Shown piece after piece: positions 50,238-58,695 of a stretch of DNA of 64,000 bases (its first letter is position 1; each line of letters starts with the position of its first letter). Position numbers and translations under genes: made by a program. Origin of the DNA: Waterburya sp. (GTDB lineage Bacteria; Cyanobacteriota; Cyanobacteriia; Cyanobacteriales; Xenococcaceae); the NCBI GenBank assembly GCA_965217895.1, contig CBDCJV010000002.1, forward strand, positions 3,104,001 to 3,168,000, written 5' to 3'. The notes below the pieces were generated by a model. That model did not search any database. It was not told the DNA's origin and worked only from the letters and a program-made list of their open reading frames with translations.

Positions 50238-51503
50238 TTAATTTGATTTAACCACAGCTATGGCTTGGGCAATTGCTGCTTCTAAATTGCTAGACAAATA
50301 CATAGTCTCGGTAATTTTTATATCTTTCAGGTTATCCTGATTCAATAATCGTAAGATAAACTGAGGTTGAGGGTCGAGTTTAACTGGTGTTAGAGATTTT
50401 GTCTGCTTGGTAGACGTAGGCTTATTTGAGCGATCGCTTTCGACTGCTAGCTGTTCATTAGCAGATGAGGCTTTAGCGATTGACTGAGCATAATTAGCGA
50501 TCGCCTCAATCACTTCTCGACCGATCGCTTCTGTCTCCCAAATATTGACTAGAATAGCTTTTATGCTGGGTCTTGACTCCAGTTCGGCGAGAATTTCTGC
50601 TATTTGCTCTTGATATTCAGGGTTGTTTTTTGTGCTGCTCAGGCTTTGGGCAATTAGAATACCACAGGCAGGAGAAACTTTATTTTGCTCAAGTAAGTCC
50701 CAGGTCAATAACGCCAAATCGAAACTGTTGCAGATTATGGCAATTTTACCTGTGGTATTTTGCCAATCTAACCAACGCCATCTAGCCTGAGCAAAATCTT
50801 GGTTGGATTTTACGACATTTTGTTGATTAGTTTGTATTTGATACTGAGAAAAATTCAGGCTTTCAACTATAGGTTGTCTTGCCAGAGCATGATCGTTAAG
50901 CGTAATTTTTCCATCTAATGCCATCAACTCTCCTTTGCTATTGACCCCCAAAGGATTGATTTCAATTAGATCTAGATCTTTTTCGACAAACAAGTGATAC
51001 ATTTTGGCAATAATTTTGCTCACAGAGCAAATTAATTGACCTGAGAGTCCCATATTGGCAGCTAGGCGACGGGCATAGAATAAAGAAAATTCTGACTCGA
51101 CTACTACCTGCTGCAAATTAGCCAACAATGAATCTACATTCATGCCTCCTAATGCCGAACCAAGCAGCACAGGGCGTTGTAAATCATAGTCGAGGACTAT
51201 TGCCAGCAAAAACTCCCGCTCGGCATTATAGTGAGCTTCTGCTAAAATAAATTCAGGGTATTCATTTAAAATAGACAAATTAAAGATAATCCTGGCAGCC
51301 GCGATCGCATCAATAGTATTAGCAGCAAAACGGACACCCCCCGCTTTGCCTCTTCCTCCTGACCTCACCTGAGACTTCAAAACGACTGGATAAGGAATTT
51401 GCAGTTGCTTAATTTTTCTAGAATCTTTGATAGTCTGAGAAGGTAAAATAGGAATACCAACCATCTTAAACAATTCTTTAGCCTGATATTCTAGTAGTTC
51501 CAT
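50238..51503 (-). CDS. sucC: Succinyl-CoA synthetase beta-like protein (ATP-grasp; divergent C-terminus)
   Basis: LLEYQAKELF, KSQVRSGGRGKAGGV, EINPL and ALDGK. Confidence 0.85.
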   Translation of the reverse strand: MELLEYQAKELFKMVGIPILPSQTIKDSRKIKQLQIPYPVVLKSQVRSGGRGKAGGVRFAANTIDAIAAARIIFNLSILNEYPEFILAEAHYNAEREFLLAIVLDYDLQRPVLLGSALGGMNVDSLLANLQQVVVESEFSLFYARRLAANMGLSGQLICSVSKIIAKMYHLFVEKDLDLIEINPLGVNSKGELMALDGKITLNDHALARQPIVESLNFSQYQIQTNQQNVVKSNQDFAQARWRWLDWQNTTGKIAIICNSFDLALLTWDLLEQNKVSPACGILIAQSLSSTKNNPEYQEQIAEILAELESRPSIKAILVNIWETEAIGREVIEAIANYAQSIAKASSANEQLAVESDRSNKPTSTKQTKSLTPVKLDPQPQFILRLLNQDNLKDIKITETMYLSSNLEAAIAQAIAVVKSN

Positions 51504-52002
51504 GTCCTAATTGTAAAGCGGTAATTTGTAAGCTAGATTTGGGTTAAAAACAGCATTCAAAAACTAGTATCTTAAATTAATTTGTCCTACTTAACCCTTG
51601 TCTAAGGTAGCTAATTCGTTATTTTCAAGTTGTTTTGTTATCTTATGTTTACATTATTAAGTTATTTGCCTCTAATCTTGAAAATTTAGTCAAGAAGCAA
51701 CTATGATAAGTACTGCTCAAAAGTTAGACTCGATTGTAGATGTAAACGATTACTTAAAAACAGCAAGTATGATGATTATGTCGAGGCTTTCGACCAGCAT
51801 TTTGTACTTGTATTCTAGTATCCCCTAAAGTTTGCTACTTTGGTTGCGGTTACTGTTAGTTTACAACTCCCTACTAAATAGATTCATAATTCAACTATGC
51901 CCTACAAATATCACGAACTGTTTTTTCACTCAGCGAGAAGCGTAATATTAGCAATTTAATCATCAAGTATTCAAGTACCTCGGAAAAAATACTGTTCGAC
52001 TC

Positions 52003-52761
52003 ATGACAGCTATGGCAAAATCTTATAACGATGGAAGGGGAATGGAAAAAGTTGTAATTATTATCAATGCCGACGTTAGTGAAGGAAAGCTAATTTCAGC
52101 GTCGCCAGTAACACAAAAAATGGTTGAAGCCCTACAGCGGAGTATCACCGAAAATTCTTTATCATCAACTGTGATGGAGATTGTTTCTGCTGCGACTCTT
52201 TGGTCTAAAAACTCTAACACCAAGGTAATTAAGAAAAGTCGAGATCCAGAGACGATTTACTGCCCTTTAACAATTCAAGTGCCAGAATATTTCGATTTTG
52301 CTCAAAAGCAAATATACTCTGCCTGCAAAGACGTTAATGCTAGAAGACGTTGGGTAGAAAAAAATTTAGGCTTTAAAACAAGTGTAGGTGATTCTTGGTT
52401 GGGTCATCTGTGGCTGCCAATAATTTTAGCTGACGAACCTTTATACGCAGAGATAATTGGTGAAGGCTCAATGCCTAACTCATACGAGCAACCTGTGGCA
52501 ATACCAAGTCGCCAGCTTAAATCTCTTCATAGTTTAGCAGGAAAGCTATTAGAGAATTTAGACGCACCACCATCAACCTACCTACTTCAGTTCAGTCTCT
52601 ATAATGGGGAGATTGTGTTTGATCGACTATGGCCTTTCCCTGCTGCACCTGCTCTAATAACCCTTAAAACCCAACAGCCCGATCTATTTACCTGTCATTG
52701 GCGATGTTTAACTCAGCAACCCATCAAAGATATTAGTATCTCAGATCCTATGCCAATTTAA
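52003..52761 (+). CDS. Hypothetical protein
   Basis: 252 aa ORF; YLLQF...FDRLWPFPAAPA. Confidence 0.7.
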   Translation: MTAMAKSYNDGRGMEKVVIIINADVSEGKLISASPVTQKMVEALQRSITENSLSSTVMEIVSAATLWSKNSNTKVIKKSRDPETIYCPLTIQVPEYFDFAQKQIYSACKDVNARRRWVEKNLGFKTSVGDSWLGHLWLPIILADEPLYAEIIGEGSMPNSYEQPVAIPSRQLKSLHSLAGKLLENLDAPPSTYLLQFSLYNGEIVFDRLWPFPAAPALITLKTQQPDLFTCHWRCLTQQPIKDISISDPMPI

Positions 52762-52811
52762 TTTAATAAGGATGATGGATGAGGAAATAAAATTGCTGTC
52801 TTCTTAGTTCC

Positions 52812-53255
52812 TCATCCTTTATCTTCTATCATTTTAGAGCGTCTAATATCAAGCCACTGTTGCAAGATTATAGCTGCTGCGTGGCGGTCAATTGCACCCT
52901 TGTTACGGGATGAAAATTTCTTTTGTGCTTTAAGTTGAGCCTCTGCTTCGACAGAGGTTAAACGCTCATCAACATATTCAATCGGCATTTGCAGAATATT
53001 ACCTATTTTGTCAGCAAAAATTTGAACCTGCTTGGCTTGCGAACCAATATGTCCCGCCAAAGTATAGGGCATACCAACGACCAATGTTTCAACTTCTCTC
53101 TCTTCAATTATTTTTTTTAATTGCTGAATATCTTCAGCCAAAGAAGTTCGATAAATAGTAGTTAGACCAGTGGCAATCAAGCCTGTCCCATCACAACCAG
53201 CCACTCCCATACGCTTTTTGCCAACATCCAACCCCAAAGCTGAAACTTTTTTCAT
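52812..53255 (-). CDS. ruvX: YqgF/RuvX family RNase H-fold nuclease
   Basis: LGLDVGKKRMGVA, VVGMP, VDERLTS and AAAIILQQWL. Confidence 0.92.
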   Translation of the reverse strand: MKKVSALGLDVGKKRMGVAGCDGTGLIATGLTTIYRTSLAEDIQQLKKIIEEREVETLVVGMPYTLAGHIGSQAKQVQIFADKIGNILQMPIEYVDERLTSVEAEAQLKAQKKFSSRNKGAIDRHAAAIILQQWLDIRRSKMIEDKG

Positions 53256-53374
53256 GGTGACTAACTGATCGATAGTAATTATTGAGAATATAGGTTAATC
53301 TTTTTATTTCAGTTTACGTAACTCGAAATTGATTATTATAAGGATTACGAATCATTTAAGTTTACCAAACAAGA

Positions 53375-55339
53375 GTGAAAGTTCCCCGACTTCATCCAGA
53401 TACAATTGAAGAAGTACAGCAGCGAGTTGATATTGTTGATGTCATCTCAGAGCATATTGTTCTCCGCAAACGAGGCAAAGATTTTCTGGGTTTATGTCCT
53501 TTTCACAACGAAAAGACACCAAGCTTTAGCGTTAGTCAGGACAAGCAGCTATATTATTGTTTTGGCTGTAGTGCTGGGGGAAATGCCTATAAATTTTTGA
53601 TGGAGATTGGCAAACAGTCTTTTGGAGAAGTTGTCTTAGATCTAGCACGTCGCTATCAGGTAGAAGTTAAAACAGTTGAACCTGAGCAAAGACAAGAAAT
53701 TCAGCGTCAGCTAGGTATTAGAGAGGAACTCTATCGAATATTAGCAGTCACCTCAAGTTTTTACCAACACGCTCTCCATCAGTCTTTTGGAGAATTGGCA
53801 CTCAACTATTTGCGTTATCAAAGACAGATAGAAGACGCAACTATCAGTAAGTTTCAACTAGGTTATGCGCCTGCGGGTTGGGAAACTCTTTATCGATATT
53901 TAGTTGAGCAAAAACGCTATCCCGTTAATTTTGTCGAACAGGCAGGATTAATTAAACCCCGTAAAACAGGTGGTGGGTACTACGATGTATTTCGCGATCG
54001 CCTAATGATTCCCATTATGGACATCCAAGGCAGAATTATCGGCTTTGGTAGTCGGAGTTTGCAGGAAGAAGATCAGCCAAAATATCTCAATTCCCCTGAA
54101 ACACCTTTATTTGACAAAAGTAAGACTTTGTTTGTCTTAGATCAGGCCAAGACTCATATCAGCCAGGCTGACAGTGCAGTGGTAGTAGAAGGCTATTTTG
54201 ATGCGATCGCTCTCCACGAAGCAGGTATTGGTAATGTGGTGGCATCTTTAGGTACGGCATTTACTCAAAATCAACTCAAGCAGCTACTGCGCTTTACTCC
54301 TTCTAAACAGGTAATTCTGAACTTTGATGGGGATAATGCTGGACAAAAAGCTACAGAAAGAGCGATCGCCGAAGTAGAAGATTTGGTCTATGGCGGAGTG
54401 GTACAGCTACGTATTCTTAATCTTCCTGAGGGCAAAGATGCCGATGAATTTGTTAAAGGCAGAGAAGATGGCGCAGTATTGTATTATCAGGCTATAGAAG
54501 CTGCCCCCTTATGGTTAGATTGGCTGATTAGCCGCTTGATGGCAGATAAGAATATGAAAGCTGCCGACGAGTTTCAACAGGTAGCAGCAGGAATGATCAT
54601 GCTGCTAAATAAACTACAGGATGCCAATCAACGCAACCATTATTTAACTCAATGTGCCGAATTACTCAGTCAGGGAGATGCCAGACTAGTTTTACAAAAT
54701 TTGGCTACCCTAAAGTCACAAATCAAATCGCCTCGCCCTAGATATCAAGGCAATTCTACTAAGAAACAGAAAAATAATTCTAACTCAGCCAAACCAGATT
54801 TTGCGATCGCTAGTCCCCCCGAAAGCGAACTATTAGAACAAGCAGAAACCTTATTGCTCAGGATCTATATTCACTATTCCCGATATCGAGAGCAGATTAT
54901 AGAGCAGCTAGAAACTAAAGACTTATTATTTAGCCTTGCTGCTCATCGGTTTTTATGGCAACAAATAATTGCCATTGAAGATGATCTACCTAGTCCATCA
55001 TTAGATAATGCTAACCCGCTATTAAGTGAATTGCATAACCGTAGTTTAGATTTTCCTGAAAAAATGATGATGGTGACAAAACTGTTTCATTTAGATGAAA
55101 AAACCCAAGAAGATGTTTTTCGTGCCGATATAAGAGTATCTGAAGCGATCGCCTCTCTAGAACAGGTAAACTATCAAAAGCGTCAAATATACTGTGCAGA
55201 ACAACTACAAAATCTCGATCCTGTTACAGATTTAAAGCTAATGAAATATTATTACCAAGAAATTCAAATCGCCGTCGAAAAAATTAGGCAACTAGAACAA
55301 ATACGCTTGGCTTTCTCACAAGATCCCATTATTCAATGA
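53375..55339 (+). CDS. dnaG: DNA primase
   Basis: CPFH..YYCFGC zinc finger, KYLNSPET, VEGYFD, FDGD and KDADE. Confidence 0.97.
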   Translation: MKVPRLHPDTIEEVQQRVDIVDVISEHIVLRKRGKDFLGLCPFHNEKTPSFSVSQDKQLYYCFGCSAGGNAYKFLMEIGKQSFGEVVLDLARRYQVEVKTVEPEQRQEIQRQLGIREELYRILAVTSSFYQHALHQSFGELALNYLRYQRQIEDATISKFQLGYAPAGWETLYRYLVEQKRYPVNFVEQAGLIKPRKTGGGYYDVFRDRLMIPIMDIQGRIIGFGSRSLQEEDQPKYLNSPETPLFDKSKTLFVLDQAKTHISQADSAVVVEGYFDAIALHEAGIGNVVASLGTAFTQNQLKQLLRFTPSKQVILNFDGDNAGQKATERAIAEVEDLVYGGVVQLRILNLPEGKDADEFVKGREDGAVLYYQAIEAAPLWLDWLISRLMADKNMKAADEFQQVAAGMIMLLNKLQDANQRNHYLTQCAELLSQGDARLVLQNLATLKSQIKSPRPRYQGNSTKKQKNNSNSAKPDFAIASPPESELLEQAETLLLRIYIHYSRYREQIIEQLETKDLLFSLAAHRFLWQQIIAIEDDLPSPSLDNANPLLSELHNRSLDFPEKMMMVTKLFHLDEKTQEDVFRADIRVSEAIASLEQVNYQKRQIYCAEQLQNLDPVTDLKLMKYYYQEIQIAVEKIRQLEQIRLAFSQDPIIQ

Positions 55340-55439
55340 TTGAGAGATGGAAGCAGCAGAATATGTCAAGGTCATACGTCTACTGTTCATTCATAGCGAT
55401 CGCTCTTTAAGTTAGGATTGGATCACAGGTGTTAATAAA

Positions 55440-55661
55440 GGGCTTCGCCCAGCTATTAGCTCTTAGCTCTTAGCTCGATCAAACATAGTCTTGAACTATG
55501 CCCGATCTTAGACATCGTGAAGACGGTGGGATCTTGAACCCAATGCGCTATGGCGCGTTAAACGCAGCGCGAACGCGCAGATCGTCGTAAGACGACTTCA
55601 AAGCTTTGCTTTGTGCGCTAAAAGCTAAAAGCTAAAGGCTAAAGGCTAAAGGCTAAAAGCT
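55440..55661. repeat. Array of mini-hairpins bracketed by inverted heptamer tandem repeats
   Basis: AGCT(A/C)TT x3-4 on the left, GCTAAA(A/G) x6 on the right, about 7 short hairpins between. Confidence 0.75.
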
Positions 55662-55715
55662 TTTTTGATAAAAATATCATAGCTAAATGCGATCGCCTTT
55701 TTAATTTGAAAAAAT

Positions 55716-55733
55716 GGTACGATATAAGGTACG
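55716..55733. promoter_or_regulatory. Candidate TA autorepression operator
   Basis: GGTACG repeated with 12-bp period 18 bp upstream of the antitoxin start. Confidence 0.45.
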
Positions 55734-55751
55734 CATTCAAAATCAAGGCTT

Positions 55752-56000
55752 ATGAAACCGTTCACTGTCAGAGAAGCTAGAGATAACCTATATAGACTTA
55801 TAGATCAGATCGCCGAAAGCCATCAGCCAATAACTATCAAAGGAAAGCGCAACGATGCAATATTAATATCAAGAGAAGACTGGGAAGCTATTTCCGAAAC
55901 GATATATCTTAATAATATTCCTGGAATGGTGGAATCTATTAAACAAGCAGCAGCAGAATCTTTAGAGGAGGGAACGCCTTTAGAGGAACTTGATTGGTGA
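55752..56000 (+). CDS. yefM: Phd/YefM antitoxin
   Basis: EARDNLYRLID, PITI and ETIYL pattern. Confidence 0.88.
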   Translation: MKPFTVREARDNLYRLIDQIAESHQPITIKGKRNDAILISREDWEAISETIYLNNIPGMVESIKQAAAESLEEGTPLEELDW

Positions 56001-56257
56001 TAAAATGGCAAATCATATTATCAAAACAAGCAAAGAAAGATGCTAAGAAATTGGCTTCTAGCGGATTAAAGTCCAAAGCAGAAGTAATACTAGAAACATT
56101 ACAAAATAATCCCTATCAACCACCATACGAAAAATTAATCGGCAATTTAACAGGATATTATTCTCGTCGAATTAATATTCAACATCGCTTAATCTACGAA
56201 GTAAAAGAAGCAGAAAAAATAGTCAAAGTTCTAAGAATGTGGACTCACTACGAATAA
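55994..56257 (+). CDS. yoeB: Txe/YoeB toxin (RelE superfamily mRNase)
   Basis: EKLIGNLTGYYSRRINIQHRLIY and MWTHYE; overlaps antitoxin stop. Confidence 0.9.
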   Translation: MVIKWQIILSKQAKKDAKKLASSGLKSKAEVILETLQNNPYQPPYEKLIGNLTGYYSRRINIQHRLIYEVKEAEKIVKVLRMWTHYE

Positions 56258-56422
56258 ACACTTTCTAATGTAGCTAATTTACAGAAAAGCGATCGCGCCG
56301 TCATAGTAGAGACTGCATTGATAGACATAACCCTTGTCCTTCTTGTTCACTTGGACAAAGAAACTTGACCTCAATACTTTATACTTTTTGAGTAAAACTC
56401 CAGTTTTCAAGGTGGACAAAGT

Positions 56423-56875
56423 TCAAGAGGCTGGATATTGGTCAAATTTTTGCATTAATTCCAATAGTTCTTCTTGACTGGGTTGTCGTCCATCTTTTTT
56501 CAATTCTGCCAAGCCGATAAAATATTGCTCTCGCGAATCTGCGGGACAAAACATAATTAAGAACTTAGCTCTTTTTGCACTACGATTGGAAAAACCGTGA
56601 GGCGTGTTTTCTGGCACGCTCATTAAACTTCCTGAGACGGCAGTTATTTTCTGTTGACCTAGCACCAATTCTAATTCCCCTTCCACAACATAAAAGATCT
56701 CGGTCATCTGTTTGTGTATATGAGGACTTGGACCTTCGGTTTCTGGCTCTAAGGTATATTCAAAAAGTCCAAAGTGACCATGAGTATCCTTTCCTGTCAG
56801 CTTAAAAGTACAGTTATTCGTACCAATTGTTACCGACTGTCCTTCTCCTGGATGAAGAATGATGGGTAATGACAT
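56423..56875 (-). CDS. Cupin domain protein
   Basis: PHIH..E.FYVVEG and VPENTPHGF. Confidence 0.85.
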   Translation of the reverse strand: MSLPIILHPGEGQSVTIGTNNCTFKLTGKDTHGHFGLFEYTLEPETEGPSPHIHKQMTEIFYVVEGELELVLGQQKITAVSGSLMSVPENTPHGFSNRSAKRAKFLIMFCPADSREQYFIGLAELKKDGRQPSQEELLELMQKFDQYPAS

Positions 56876-56887
56876 TTTTAAAACCTC

Positions 56888-56965
56888 TTAAGAATTGGGA
56901 ATTACTGCTACTGCATCAATCTCAAACAACATTTGATCGTCTGCTAGTCTAGGTACGGGAATTGC
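56888..56965 (-). pseudogene. RidA (YjgF/YER057c) C-terminal relic
   Basis: AIPVPRLADDQMLFEIDAVAVIPNS* directly after the uraD stop. Confidence 0.65.
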
Positions 56966-57472
56966 TTATTTTATTAATGTTTTTAGACGAATTTGAGCAA
57001 TTTTACTAATTTCTGATAAAGCCTGCTGTTTTTCTTGTGCTGGAGTATTTTTTAAACGAGTCTCAAAAGCTGCCAAAATACTATCTTTAGTCTGGTTTTT
57101 AACTGCAATAATAAAGGGAAAATCGAACTTATCTTTATAAGCCTGATTGAGAGATTGAAAACGCTGATATTCTGATTTGGATAAGCGATCTAAGCCAACT
57201 CCCGCTTGCTCTTGTACCGAAGCTTCTGCCATCTTCGTTTTACTACCCAAATCGGGATGAGCCTTGATTAACGCTACCTGTTCGGCCTCACTCATATTAT
57301 CTACCACTGCAACCATAGCTTGATATAAAGCATCAACATCTTTAAAAGGTCTGCTGTGCCATGTTTGGTTCGCAATTTCTGGCGTTTCCTCCCAAATCTC
57401 GCCTAAAGCAGCAGTGAATGACCCTTGAGACATCTGATTTAATTGAGCGATCGCATATTGTCGGTTATTCAT
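56966..57472 (-). CDS. uraD: OHCU decarboxylase
   Basis: AHPDLG, SVQEQAGVGL, LNQAYKDKFDFPFIIAV and KIAQIRL. Confidence 0.9.
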   Translation of the reverse strand: MNNRQYAIAQLNQMSQGSFTAALGEIWEETPEIANQTWHSRPFKDVDALYQAMVAVVDNMSEAEQVALIKAHPDLGSKTKMAEASVQEQAGVGLDRLSKSEYQRFQSLNQAYKDKFDFPFIIAVKNQTKDSILAAFETRLKNTPAQEKQQALSEISKIAQIRLKTLIK

Positions 57473-57493
57473 TTTTTCTCTGTTAAAACTGTC

Positions 57494-58234
57494 CTAAATC
57501 TTGTTTTTTAATGATACTAAGTAGCAAGTGCGATCTGCTCGTGAAAGGGTTTCACCGCAAACTAAAGGTTGTTGCTTCTTCCCATAAGCAATATAACGAT
57601 AGACTAAGATGGGAGTGCCTAAAGGTGCTTGGAGATGTTCGGCAATTTCAGATGTGGCATGGGTGCTTTCTAGAACCACTTCTGTAGATGCTAAGTAATA
57701 GCCAGATTGATGAAGAGTAGCGTAGGTAAAGCCCGTTTGCAATAATTCTGCCAGATTTTCTGCTATATCTACTGGAAAATAGGAAATGTCTATTGCGATC
57801 GCCTGACGGTTTGCGAGAATAATTTTTTGCTGTTGGTAAACTTCAGCTTCAGGCTGAGATAGTTCTAGTTGAGTACAAATTTTTGATGAAGCTTTAATAA
57901 GTTGAAAACTGAGATTATAAATTTCACCTGTTAGTCCTTGTCGAGATAAATCTTCGTTAAAAAAGGTGAGGGGATTTGAGAGGGAAAAGCCGATCTTTTG
58001 CTGCTGTTTGACAAAAGCACCTTTTCCTTGCTGTGTATATACAAGTCCCTGATTAATTAAATTGGCGATCGCTTTTCTAATCGTAGTTCTACTTACTCCA
58101 AACAAAGCACCAAGCTCGAATTCGCTGGGCAATAGTTCTCCTGGAGTATAAACTCCAACTTCAATTTCGGTTCTTAACTTTTCAGAAATAATTTGATGTA
58201 GTGGATTTTTGGCTTTTTTGGGCAGTTTCGCCAT
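57494..58234 (-). CDS. GntR/HutC family transcriptional regulator (UTRA)
   Basis: LPSEFEL...FGVSRTTIRKAI...QGKGAFV wHTH. Confidence 0.9.
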   Translation of the reverse strand: MAKLPKKAKNPLHQIISEKLRTEIEVGVYTPGELLPSEFELGALFGVSRTTIRKAIANLINQGLVYTQQGKGAFVKQQQKIGFSLSNPLTFFNEDLSRQGLTGEIYNLSFQLIKASSKICTQLELSQPEAEVYQQQKIILANRQAIAIDISYFPVDIAENLAELLQTGFTYATLHQSGYYLASTEVVLESTHATSEIAEHLQAPLGTPILVYRYIAYGKKQQPLVCGETLSRADRTCYLVSLKNKI

Positions 58235-58695
58235 AGTTAAAAGTAATAGTTGCAGCAGACTAGATGATCAATATTGTAGGCAACATTATCTTGCAAGCAA
58301 CAAAATCCATTTAGGTGATGGTTTAGCGGTTAGTCAATGCTCATTTTTTGTGCTATACCTAGTCGGCACTAAAGATTAATAATTTTCTAGATCGATATTT
58401 ATTTTTTACCAGAATAAAAAGTGTGTAATATACTTAACTGATATATAAATGTATTTTTATTAAAGTTTGTATTTCAAGCATTTTTGTATATGAGCTTACA
58501 TATATGTTTTAAATATATAATTAGCGATTACAAGGCATTTATTCGCTGTCTCAAAGGTGATGGTTATAACTGTCAATGCAATTTCAAGATGTGACTTATA
58601 TATTCCAATTTTCATCTTGTATTCTTTTAAGTTATCAATCTACTTTTGTCAGGAAACCTCATTAATTTTGTTTAACTTACTAATAGAGATCCTAA

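Noticed and set aside
55440..55661. Possible CRISPR array
   Set aside because: No constant 23-47 bp repeat with unique spacers, and no cas genes
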